Notes: generated by a model from the sequence alone, not told the origin. 35,213 nt of DNA from Nemertoderma westbladi (GCA_032718475.1 JAUCBJ010001565.1:1-35213), one strand, 5' to 3'. Positions 23,501 to 35,002 are shown, counted from the first letter of the stretch. Translations and numbers: made by a program.

Positions 23501-26500
23501 GATACAGAGTTCCAGGTTAGTTGGAGACCTACCTGGACGATACAGAGTTCTAGGTTAGTTGGAGACCTACCTGGACGATACAGAGTTCCAGGTTAGTTGG
23601 AGACCTACCTGGACGATACAGAGTTCCAGGTTAGTTGGAGACCTACCTGGACGATACAGAGTTCTAGGTTAGTTGGAGACCTGGACGATACAGAGTTCCA
23701 GGTTAGTCGGAGACCTACCTGGACGATACAGAGTTCCAGGTTAGTTGGAGACCTACCTGGACGATACAGAGTTCCAGGTTAGTTGGAGACCTACCTGGAC
23801 GATACAGAGTTCCAGGTTAGTTGGAGACCTACCTGGACGATACAGAGTTCCAGGTTAGTTGGGGACCTACCTGGACGATACAGAGTTCCAGCAGGTTAGT
23901 TGGAGACCTGGACGATACAGAGTTCCAGGTTAGTTGGAGACCTACCTGGACGATACAGAGTTCCAGGTTAGTTGGAGACCTACCTGGACGATACAGAGTT
24001 CTAGGTTAGTTGGAGACCTGTACGATACAGAGTTCCAGGTTAGTTGGAGACCTACCTGGACGATACAGAGTTCCAGGTTAGTTGGAGACCTACCTGGACG
24101 ATACAGAGTTCCAGGTTAGTTGGAGACCTACCTGGACGATACAGAGTTCCAGGTTAGTTGGAGACCTACCTGGACGATACAGAGTTCCAGGTTAGTTGGA
24201 GACCTACCTGGACGATACAGAGTTCTAGGTTAGTTGGAGACCTGTACGATACAGAGTTCCAGGTTAGTTGGAGACCTACCTGGACGATACAGAGTTCCAG
24301 GTTAGTTGGAGACCTACCTGGACGATACAGAGTTCCAGGTTAGTTGGAGACCTACCTGGACGATACAGAGTTCTAGGTTAGTTGGAGACATACCTGGACG
24401 ATACAGAGTTCCAGGTTAGTTGGAGACCTACCTGGACGATACAGAGTTCCAGGTTAGTTGGAGACCTACCTGCACGATACAGAGTTCCAGGTTAGTTGGA
24501 GACCTACCGGGACGATACAGAGTTCCATGTTAGTTGGAGACCTACCTGGACGATACAGAGTTCCAGGTTAGTTGGAGACCTACCTGGACGATACAGAGTT
24601 CCAGGTTAGTTGGGGACCTACCTGGACGATACAGAGTTCCAGAAGGTTAGTTGGAGACCTGGACGATACAGAGTTCCAGGTTAGTTGGAGACCTACCGGG
24701 ACGATACAGAGTTCCAGGTTAGTTGGAGACCTACCTGGACGATACAGAGTTCCAGGTTAGTTGGAGACCTACCTGGACGATACAGAGTTCCATGTTAGTT
24801 GGAGACCTACCTGGACGATACAGAGTTCCAGGTTAGTTGGAGACCTACCTGGACGATACAGAGTTCCAGGTTAGTTGGAGACTTACCTGGACGATACAGA
24901 GTTCCAGGTTAGTTGGAGACCTACCTGGACGATACAGAGTTCCAGGTTAGTTGGAGACCTACCTGGACGATACAGAGTTCCAGGTTAGTTGGAGACCTAC
25001 CTGGGCGATACAGAGTTCCAGGTTAGTTGGAGACCTACCTGGACGATACAGAGTTCAAGCAGGTTAGTTGGAGACCTACCTGGGCGATACAGAGTTCCAG
25101 GTTAGTTGGAGACCTACCTGGACGATACAGAGTTCCAGAAGGTTAGTTGGAGACCTACCGGGACGATACAGAGTTCCAGGTTAGTTGGAGACCTACCGGG
25201 ACGATACAGAGTTCCATGTTAGTTGGAGACCAACCTGGACGATACAGAGTTCCAGGTTAGTTGGAGACCTACCTGTACGATACAGAGTTCCAGGTTAGTT
25301 GGAGACCTACCTGGACGATACAGAGTTCCAGGTTAGTTGGAGACCTGGACGATACAGAGTTCCAGGTTAGTTGGAGACCTACCTGGACGATATAGAGTTC
25401 CAGGTTAGTTGGAGACCTACCTGGACGATACAGAGTTCCAGGTTAGTTGGAGACCTACCTGGACGATACAGAGTTCCAGGTTAGTTGGAGACCTACCTGG
25501 ACGATACAGAGTTCCAGGTTAGTTGGAGACCTACCTGGACGATACAGAGTTCCAGGTTAGTTGGAGACCTACCTGGACGATACAGAGTTCCAGGTTAGTT
25601 GGAGACCTACCTGGACGATACAGAGTTCCAGGTTAGTTGGAGACCTACCTGGATGATACAGAGTTCCAGGTTAGTTGGAGACCTACCTGGACGATACAGA
25701 GTTCCAGGTTAGTTGGAGACCTACCTGGACGATACAGAGTTCCAGGTTAGTTGGGGACCTACCTGGACGATACAGAGTTCCAGCAGGTTAGTTGGAGACC
25801 TGGACGATACAGAGTTCCAGGTTAGTTGGAGACCTACCTGGACGATACAGAGTTCCAGGTTAGTTGGAGACCTACCTGGACGATACAGAGTTCTAGGTTA
25901 GTTGGAGACCTGTACGATACAGAGTTCCAGGTTAGTTGGAGGCCTACCTGGACGATACAGAGTTCCAGGTTAGTTGGAGACCTACCTGGACGATATAGAG
26001 TTCCAGGTTAGTTGGAGACCTACCTGGACGATACAGAGTTCCAGGTTAGTTGGAGACCTACCTGGACGATACAGAGTTCCAGGTTAGTTGGAGACCTACC
26101 TGGACGATACAGAGTTCCAGGTTAGTTGGAGACCTACCTGGACGATACAGAGTTCCAGGTTAGTTGGAGACCTACCTGGACGATACAGAGTTCCAGGTTA
26201 GTTGGAGACCTACCTGGACGATACAGAGTTCCAGGTTAGTTGGAGACCTACCTGGACGATACAGAGTTCCAGGTTAGTTGGAGACCTACCTGGACGATAC
26301 AGAGTTCCAGGTTAGTTGGAGACCTACCTGGACGATACAGAGTTCCAGGTTAGTTGGGGACCTACCTGGACGATACAGAGTTCCAGCAGGTTAGTTGGAG
26401 ACCTGGACGATACAGAGTTCCAGGTTAGTTGGAGACCTACCTGGACGATACAGAGTTCCAGGTTAGTTGGAGACCTACCTGGACGATACAGAGTTCTAGG

Positions 26501-29012
26501 TTAGTTGGAGACCTGTACGATACAGAGTTCCAGGTTAGTTGGAGGCCTACCTGGACGATACAGAGTTCCAGGTTAGTTGGAGACCTACCTGGACGATATA
26601 GAGTTCCAGGTTAGTTGGAGACCTACCTGGACGATACAGAGTTCCAGGTTAGTTGGAGACCTACCTGGACGATACAGAGTTCCAGGTTAGTTGGAGACCT
26701 ACCTGGACGATACAGAGTTCCAGGTTAGTTGGAGACCTACCTGGACGATACAGAGTTCCAGGTTAGTTGGAGACCTACCTGGACGATACAGAGTTCCAGG
26801 TTAGTTGGAGACCTACCTGGACGATACAGAGTTCCAGGTTAGTTGGAGACCTACCTGGACGATACAGAGTTCCAGGTTAGTTGGAGACCTACCTGGACGA
26901 TACAGAGTTCTAGGTTAGTTGGAGACCTGGACGATACAGAGTTCCAGGTTAGTTGGAGACCTACCTGGACGATACAGAGTTCCAGGTTAGTTGGAGACCT
27001 ACCTGGACGATACAGAGTTCCAGGTTAGTTAGAGACCTACCGGGACGATACAGAGTTCCATGTTAGTTGGAGACCTACCTGGACGATACAGAGTTCCAGG
27101 TTAGTTGGAGACCTACCTGGACGATACAGAGTTCCAGGTTAGTTGGGGACCTACCTGGACGATACAGAGTTCCAGAAGGTTAGTTGGAGACCTGGACGAT
27201 ACAGAGTTCCAGGTTAGTTGGAGACCTACCGGGACGATACAGAGTTCCAGGTTAGTTGGAGACCTACCTGGACGATACAGAGTTCCAGGTTAGTCGGAGA
27301 CCTACCTGGACGATACAGAGTTCCAGGTTAGTTGGAGACCTACCTGGACGATACAGAGTTCCAGGTTAGTTGGAGACCTACCTGGACGATACAGAGTTCC
27401 AGGTTAGTTGGAGACCTACCTGGACGATACAGAGTTCCAGGTTAGTTGGAGACCTACCTGGACGATACAGAGTTCCAGGTTAGTTGGAGACCTACCTGGA
27501 CGATACAGAGTTCCAGGTTAGTTGGAGACCTACCTGGACGATACAGAGTTCTAGGTTAGTTGTAGACCTACCTGGACGATACAGAGTTCCAGGTTAGTTG
27601 GAGACCTACCTGGACGATACAGAGTTCCAGGTTAGTTGGAGACCTACCTGGACGATACAGAGTTCCAGGTTAGTTGGAGACCTACCTGGACGATACAGAG
27701 TTCCAGGTTAGTTGGAGACCTACCTGGACGATACAGAGTTCCAGAAGGTTAGTTGGAGACCTGGACGATACAGAGTTCCAGGTTAGTTGGAGACCTACCT
27801 GGACGATACAGAGTTCCAGGTTAGTTGGAGACCTACCTGGACGATACAGAGTTCCAGGTTAGTTGGAGACCTACCTGGACGATACAGAGTTCCAGGTTAG
27901 TTGGAGACCTACCTGGACGATACAGAGTTCCAGGTTAGTTGGAGACCTACCTGGACGATTCAGAGTTCCAGGTTAGTTGGAGACCTACCTGGACGATACA
28001 GAGTTCCAGGTTAGTTGGAGACCTACCTGGACGATACAGAGTTCCAGGTTAGTTGGAGACCTACCTGGACGATACAGAGTTCCAGGTTAGTTGGAGACCT
28101 ACCTGGACGATACAGAGTTCTAGGTTAGTTGGAGACCTACCTGGACGATACAGAGTTCCAGGTTAGTTGGAGACCTACCTGGACGATACAGAGTTCCAGG
28201 TTAGTTGGAGACCTACCTGGACGATACAGAGTTCTAGGTTAGTTGGAGACCTGGACGATACAGAGTTCCAGGTTAGTCGGAGACCTACCTGGACGATACA
28301 GAGTTCCAGGTTAGTTGGAGACCTACCTGGACGATACAGAGTTCCAGGTTAGTTGGGTACCTACCTGGACGATACAGAGTTCCAGAAGGTTAGTTGGAGA
28401 CCTGGACGATACAGAGTTCCAGGTTAGTTGGAGACCTACCGGGACGATACAGAGTTCCAGGTTAGTTGGAGACCTACCTGGACGATACAGAGTTCCAGGT
28501 TAGTTGGAGACCTACCTGGACGATACAGAGTTCCAGGTTAGTTGGAGACCTACCTGGACGATACAGAGTTCCAGAAGGTTAGTTGGAGACCTACCGGGAC
28601 GATACAGAGTTCCATGTTAGTTGGAGACCTACCTGGACGATACAGAGTTCCATGTTAGTTGGAGACCTACCTGGACGATACAGAGTTCCATGTTAGTTGG
28701 AGACCTACCTGGACGATACAGAGTTCCAGGTTAGTTGGAGACCTACCTGGACGATACAGAGTTCCAGGTTAGTTGGAGACCTACCGGGACGATACAGAGT
28801 TCCATGTTAGTTGGAGACCTACCTGGACGATACAGAGTTCCATGTTAGTTGGAGACCTACCTGGACGATACAGAGTTCCAGGTTAGTTGGAGACCTACCT
28901 GGACGATACAGAGTTCCAGGTTAGTTGGAGACCTACCTGGACGATACAGAGTTCCAGGTTAGTTGGAGACCAACCTGGACGATACAGAGTTCCAGGTTAG
29001 TTGGGGACCTAC
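17475..29012 (+). repeat. 38-bp satellite (AGTTGGAGACCTACCTGGACGATACAGAGTTCCAGGTT)n, about 300 copies, made of the last 35 nt of the exon plus intron bases GTT
   Basis: 11,538 bp of near-identical units; the first unit is the coding exon end; nearly all units carry a YAG|GTTAGT site. Confidence 0.98.
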
Positions 29013-29139
29013 ATACATGCCTTATATCTAGCTATATGTAACAGCCAATAGGGGGATCTTCGGGTTGTCTCCGGTGTTTCACAAGTTCACGGATCTCTTT
29101 ACTTTTTTTAAACTGGAAAATACAGAGTTCCAGTTTTTA

Positions 29140-29212
29140 TAACATTGTTTATATTTCTACAGGAGGTGACCTCTTTGTAACATCGTTTATATTTCTACAG
29201 GAGGTGACTTCT
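29140..29212 (+). repeat. Two-copy 38-bp duplication spanning the 3' splice acceptor of the terminal supervillin-like exon
   Basis: TAACAT(T/C)GTTTATATTTCTACAG|GAGGTGAC(C/T)TCT occurs twice; the AG dinucleotides end at 29162 and 29200. Confidence 0.92.
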
Positions 29213-29287
29213 ATGACTCGAGATGAATTCATGGCTCTTGCTGAATGGCGACAATTCCAATTGAAGAAAGAGAAACATTTGTTTTAG
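29201..29287 (+). CDS. SVIL: Terminal coding exon of the supervillin-like gene, C-terminal villin headpiece
   Basis: EVTSMTRDEFMALAEWRQFQLKKEKHLF* is the headpiece M.R.EF..L..W.Q..LKKEK.LF motif; in frame with exon 17345-17509; absent from the ORF track. Confidence 0.93.
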   Translation, partial: EVTSMTRDEFMALAEWRQFQLKKEKHLF

Positions 29288-29486
29288 TTGATTTTTATTT
29301 TATTGTTTCATTCCATTTTTCTTTTATACTACTTATATCAGCAATCCAATCCACCTTTTTGTTGCCTTCTCTATTTTATCTATCTTATATTTTAATTGAG
29401 TATTTTTTTATTTCTGCTATTCCAATAGACTAGCCATATAACAATCAATCTATATTTTATTGCTTTAAATATATTGTTTATTATTT

Positions 29487-29492
29487 AATAAA
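29487..29492 (+). promoter_or_regulatory. Candidate polyadenylation signal AATAAA of the supervillin-like transcript
   Basis: First AATAAA after the stop codon; the region is AT-rich and other copies occur downstream. Confidence 0.3.
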
Positions 29493-30098
29493 ATCGCATA
29501 TAAAGTTAGGTATTCATTAGGTTTGGATTATTATGGTTTATAGCAATTACAATATTGCTTACAAACTGGTTTGTTACTCAACTAAATAGTTATTATCCAC
29601 CTGGTGCCTTTTAATCAAAATCTTTTGTTGTTCATTTTGTGCAATTTATATAATTATGCTGATAATTTTACATTCCCATTTTAGATTATTGTTATTGTAT
29701 GTTAGTAGTAATGGGTTATATTATTGGCGTTTATTGAATTGAATAGAATGGAACATAATTCATAATTTGAGTTTTTTTAATTCCTCGATTTAATAAATAT
29801 TATAAGACAAAGGAAGATCAGGGCAACTTCTAGTATTAACATTAAAATGCAGAGCAGTGGAGATCATTACAACGCACACAATAAATACCCAGTAAAAATG
29901 TATAAAGAAATTCTGTTTTAAAAAATACAAGACTGGTAGATATTATATTTTACTTTGCATTGAAGTATTTAATAAATAGCAAATGTATTGGGTTGTTTTT
30001 GTAAGGTAATTTAATATTGTTGACGTGTCATCAACATTGAATTTTGTCGATAAGCCGGCACAGCATTCTTAAAAATGCAGCTGGGTCAATAAGCTTAA

Positions 30099-32091
30099 AA
30101 GTGGCCAAAAAGGGGTACAAATTGACCGAAAATTTTTTGTCGGAAATTAGTGCCATACCATACACCATTCGAAAGATAATTTCATGGCGAATCTTGTGAT
30201 GGTAGAGGGAGAGCATGAGGCGGTGCTCAAAGGGAGACATATGGCAAAAACTAATGTCATATCTGTAACGTTTTTGTCTACCACTGTAACGCATTACAGT
30301 GATGACATTTATGGGACAAACGTCTGTAACGGCCATCTGTAACGGTAATTATGTTATATGGATTTTGCAGTATTTATAACTTATTGCTTCGACAATAAGG
30401 TAATTTATTGGACAAACATCTGTAACAAACAGCGATATCTGCCCATAACCATCGCATCCACTAAATTATATGTACTTAATACACATGGTTTCCAATAAAT
30501 ATAGAAAAAGTTTTTCACTAACATTTTTCTGTGTAACCGATAATCTTGTTTTACACGATTTTTTTTATCCCGTGTTAAATTTTCTCTATCGCGCCGCTTT
30601 TTATATGCTTGTTTAAAATACTATGTATAACAACCGCGGTACATTTGCTCTCTGTACTTATTTAACCGCTTCCTGGCGTTTCTCTGCAACTGATTCAGAT
30701 ACGTCCATTACCTCATCCAATAAACGGATCTGACTAAACTTATCACAATAATATAAGTAGTGCACAAGTCCGTCATGTAAGTCAGTAAGTGATGTTAAGC
30801 CAATGATTTAGAAATTGATAGTAAAATATAGGCCTTTTATACGCATTAGAGTATTTAATCATTAGAGTAAATTATAATCTTACATTGAAGTTACACAAGA
30901 CTCACTGATAACAGTCACTGGATTCTTTACTTTTGTTTATTTATTGCTTCATGTCAGATGAAATTAGACATACAAATTTATTGAAGTCTATCTATATACT
31001 GTACGTCTGCAGACCCTAATCATGAAAAACGAAAAACAAAACATTGGGCAAAGGACCGTCTGTACAATATATTGTATGTTAAAAAAAACACTGTTTGTAG
31101 GAAATGTATCTTCTACAATTCTAAACGAAATAAAGCGAAATTTTACAGAAAGCACATTTTATTAATACATAAAATTTATAAGATGGAGATTGTATATTTG
31201 CAATTAATTCCTAAATTATTTACCACGGACCCAGAAGCTCTGGATTCATACAATTTCATATGTGAAGTGAATCTGCGCTTTACTCCCCAGAATCCACAAT
31301 CACCTCTTCCCGGATAGAGATAAACATGAATCCGTGTTTTACTCCCCTTACGGGATCAAGTAACGCACTTGACAATGAAAATTATCTTGAATTCGCATTT
31401 TGGACTCATTTCCGGATTTCATGAAAATCCGGATCCGCGTTTTAACCCCAAAATCCGGGTACCGATCCGGATCCGTGTTTTACACTTACCCATCTTACAC
31501 TACCACATTACCATGAGCAGTTAGGATGTCAGTAGGAAGACGAAGAACGTATCAAACGCGTAGGCATTCAAGTATTGTCAGTGATGCCTTATTGTATTTC
31601 AGGATGACACTCCGTTACAGATAGGACTGTCATATAGATAGGACTGAAAACCTACAGTCTGTAACGCATCGATAACTGGTTATATAATGCGTTACAGATG
31701 AGACATCCCTTATCTGTAACGCACTGCACTGTAACGGTGACGCGTTACAGATTGTTGACAAAAACGCTTACCACCGCCATACATCATAGGTGTTTATTTA
31801 TCACATTAACTCTTGGGGTTAATGCGGCATAAATTAAAATTGCCTTTCCACACGTACCATTATACTTGTATGAGATTAATATTATCAAAATCTATGGCCA
31901 CATTTGTAGCGTTACAGATATGGACGTTTATGCTTTCTACAGTATATTGACTTTGTTAAACATAAATGCTTCCCAAATGAGGTGACCTTACCCTTTGTAT
32001 GCGATATTTGGCCTATATATGTTAGAAACCCTGTAGATTCTAAATATATCAAAACTGTAAACCTACAGTTAATATTTCAGATTCTAGACGT
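30099..32091. mobile_element. Degenerate repetitive element marked by many TCTGTAACG / CGTTACAGA motifs, apparently interrupted
   Basis: Motif clusters at ~30260-30430 and ~31610-31920; possible TTAA-flanked end at 30095-30098. Boundaries are uncertain. Confidence 0.35.
31268..31491 (-). mobile_element. Right TIR-like terminus with inverted subterminal ATCCG(T/C)GTTTTA motifs, same family as the 11711 end
   Basis: GATCCGGATCCGTGTTTTACACTTACCC (31464-31491); related motifs at ~31270, ~31330 and ~31433. Confidence 0.7.
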
Positions 32092-32324
32092 TGTGGCGGA
32101 GTCACAATTACTGGACAATACTCTAAATAGTAGGACCTATCTCACCTCCCCATATAGCTGAGATTAGGACTACAGCTGTTAGTACATAGTGAGATTGGTA
32201 TGTTGCTTAGCAACTTAACAACAACACCAGGATAATCAGCTTATCTGACAGCGCTGACCATATTAATATAACAACTTACTGAGAATCAAATTAATATGTT
32301 TTAACGATATTGTAAGTTGCTACA
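32092..32324 (+). repeat. 5' LTR (233 bp, TG...CA)
   Basis: TGTGGCGGAGTCAC...GTTGCTACA, repeated from 35006. Confidence 0.95.
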
Positions 32325-32325
32325 T

Positions 32326-32339
32326 TGGTGACCCGGCGT
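32326..32339 (+). promoter_or_regulatory. Primer-binding site, tRNA-Trp-like
   Basis: TGGTGACCCGGCGT, one base after the LTR, resembles the complement of the tRNA-Trp 3' end (TGGTGACCCCGACGT). Confidence 0.75.
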
Positions 32340-32421
32340 CTCAAAACGAATTTTTGAGAAAACCCCAAAAGAACCGATGCGACCGAATCACTAACGAACT
32401 TTCTCAACCAAATCAACAACC

Positions 32422-32725
32422 ATGGTTGAAGCGAACGCAGTCTCCCTGAAACTCCCCTCCTTCTGGACTTCCCAGCCTGAGGTATGGTTCGCCCAGGCCG
32501 AGGCACAATTTAATATCCGTAGTATCATAGCGGACGACACGAAGTACTACTACGTCGTGGGTGCTTTGGACCAAGACACCGCCAGCCGGCTCCTCAACCT
32601 AATACGAGATCCTCCAGCCGGAGATAAATATAACTCCCTAAAGGCGAAACTCATTAAAACATACAGCCTCTCACGGCGCGACCGTGCCGCAAGGCTCTGG
32701 GACCTAAACGGACTCGGCGATCCTC
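32422..32725 (+). pseudogene. gag: gag N-terminal portion, truncated by deletion
   Basis: MVEANAVSLKLPSFWTSQPEVWFAQAEAQF...TKYYYVVGALD; gag-like sequence stops after LNGLGD; no zinc knuckle or protease follows. Confidence 0.85.
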
Positions 32726-33950
32726 TCGATCCCATGTGGACAGACCCGGGGCCACGCCCTCCACCTTAGTTCTATAGCTGCCTCCAATGACGAGTTCGCC
32801 CAGATACTTGCCGAATATCCTGACATTACAGTACCACGGTTTTCTGACCCGACCGCGAAACACGGCGTGGAGCACTACATCCCCACGCAGGGACCTCCCG
32901 TGCACGCCCACGCCCGTCGCCTACCTCCAGATAAACTGGAAATCGCGAGGGAGGAGTTCCGCAAAATGGAAGAGATGGGGATCATCCGCTGGTCCAACAG
33001 TCCCTGGGCGTCGCCCCTCCACATGGCCCCCAAACCCTCGGGCGGTTGGCGGCCGTGTGGCGACTACCGACGACTTAACGACGCCACAACTCCGGACCGA
33101 TACCCCATCCCCCACATCCAGGACTTCTCCTCCCGACTGGCAGGTGCGAAGATCTTCTCGAAGATCGATCTGGTGCGCGGCTACCACCAGATCCCTGTCA
33201 CAGAAGCCGACATCGCCAAGACTGCGGTCATCACCCCGTTCGGACTGTTCGAGTTCCTTCGGATGCCGTTCGGGCTGAAGAACGCAGCCCAGGCCTTCCA
33301 GAGACTGATGGACACGGTGTGCCAGGGACTCGACTTCATATTTGTTTCCCTCGATGACATTCTCGTTGCAAGTCGGTCCAAGTCGGAGCACCGTGAACAC
33401 CTCCATCAGCTCTTCATGCGCCTTCAACACCAAGGCCTTGTTATCAACCTGGCAAAATGTCAGTTTGGTCGTGAAACAATCGACTTCCTTGGCCACCGTA
33501 TTTCAACTCACGGTGCCGTTCCGCTCCCCGACAAGGTCGCCGCCATCCGGGAGTTTACACAGCCAACCACGGTGAAAGGCCTACAGGAGTTTGTGGGGAT
33601 GGTAAACTTTTACCATCGGTTCGTCCCCTCCGCTGCTGACATCATGCGACCCCTCTATGCGGCCCTGGCGGGGAAACCCAAAACACTAAACTGGACTCCC
33701 AACATGGATCACGCATTCCAGATCGCAAAGGATGCCCTCGCCAATGCGACGATGTGAACTCATCCCAACACCAACGCCCACACAGCACTCACAGTGGACG
33801 CATCAGGTACAGCAGTGGGTGCTGTTCTAGAACAACTCATCGGTAACTCATGGCGCCCCCTTGCGTTCTTTAGCCGCCAACTACGTCCCCCGGAAGTCAA
33901 ATATAGTGCATTCGACCGGGAGCTGCTTGCGCTGTACCTAGCAGTCCGCC
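32726..33950 (+). pseudogene. pol: pol reverse transcriptase and partial RNase H, inactivated
   Basis: [42 protein letters not shown]; YxDD reads SLDD; in-frame TGA at 33755-33757; RNase H DASGTAVGAVLEQ...YSAFDRELLALYLAVR is then cut off. Confidence 0.92.
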
Positions 33951-33963
33951 AAGGTCCTAGGTC

Positions 33964-34980
33964 GCCTCCAAGGTGCAACGCAACATACGTGCACCCCTCG
34001 GCACCTTCGCAACCCCTCACCGCCGATTCGACCACATACATGTTGATCTCGTTGGTCCTCTACCACCATCACACGGTTTCACCCACCTGCTGACGATTGT
34101 GGACCGCTTCACTCGGTGGCCAGAGGCTGTACCCCTCAGCGAAACTTCCACAGAGAGCTGTGCGCGTGCACTCATTTCGACATGGATCGCCCGATTCGGT
34201 GTTCCAGCCGATCTCTCATCGGACCGGGGTTCACAATTCACCTCCCACCTCTGGTCGGCCATCAACAAGCTGCTGGGCACCCAACTACACCGCACCACCG
34301 CGTATCACCCACAGGCGAATGGACTGGTAGAACGGTTTCACCGTCATCTCAAGTCTGCCCTTCGAGCCTCTCTCGACAACCCTGATTGGGTAGACGCATT
34401 ACCATGGGTGCTTCTCGGAATCCGGACAGCACCCAAGGACGACTTAGGAACCTCCTCCGCCGAGCTCGTTTATGGTGCTCCGCTCACTGTCCCGGGAGAG
34501 TTCCTACCACCGTCTATAGAAACCCAACACACCCCGTCAACAATACTTCCCCAACTTCGTCAAGTGGTTGGGCGTTTTGTTCCGGTTCCCACATCACGCC
34601 ATGGTTTGACTTCGTCGTCAGTTCCCCCGGGCCTACAGAACGCCACCTACGTCTTCATCCGACGCGATGCCCACCGGACACCGCTAGAACGGCCCTATGA
34701 GGGCCCCTACAGGGTTCTCGAAACTGGAACAAAAACGTTCAAGATTGAGATGGGGGGTCGTACCGAAACAGTTTCGGTCGACCGACTGAAACCAGCACAT
34801 CTTGACATAACTAAACCTGTCACCCTTGCCCATCCACGGCGCCGTGGTCGACCACCTAACCCTATTCCGGTTCCCATACAACCAGCGGCTCCGAATAAAA
34901 TTGTCCCATCACAGAGCCCACCCTTAGCGCCCACACAAACTCGGTCAGGACGAACAATCCACCCGCCGGACTATTTGTAA
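33964..34980 (+). pseudogene. pol: Integrase core and C-terminal region, HHCC zinc finger deleted
   Basis: HIHVDLVGPLP, SDRGSQF, HPQANGLVERFH (DDE triad), PYEGPYRV, VSVDRLKP. Confidence 0.9.
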
Positions 34981-34994
34981 ACTATTTCGAGTCT

Positions 34995-35002
34995 GGGGGG
35001 GG
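34995..35002 (+). promoter_or_regulatory. Polypurine tract
   Basis: G8 run ending three bases before the 3' LTR. Confidence 0.75.

Noticed and set aside
17510-29012. CRISPR-like or coding interpretation of the 38-bp array (many METYLDDTEFQ ORFs)
   Set aside because: There are no unique spacers or cas genes and the context is eukaryotic. The ORFs are frame-cycling products of the repeat, start at TTG and stop every few units.
29245-31317. Short ORFs at 29245, 30031 and 31072
   Set aside because: AT-rich with no domain features; 29245 overlaps the real terminal exon in another frame.
11701-31502. TACACTA on both flanks as a TSD of the 19.8-kb unit
   Set aside because: The copies lie 3 and 4 bp away from the inverted termini and the intervening bases are not inverted matches.
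32291-34934. Antisense and alternate-frame ORFs in the Gypsy element
   Set aside because: Shadow frames of gag and pol; no sign of env or an extra gene.
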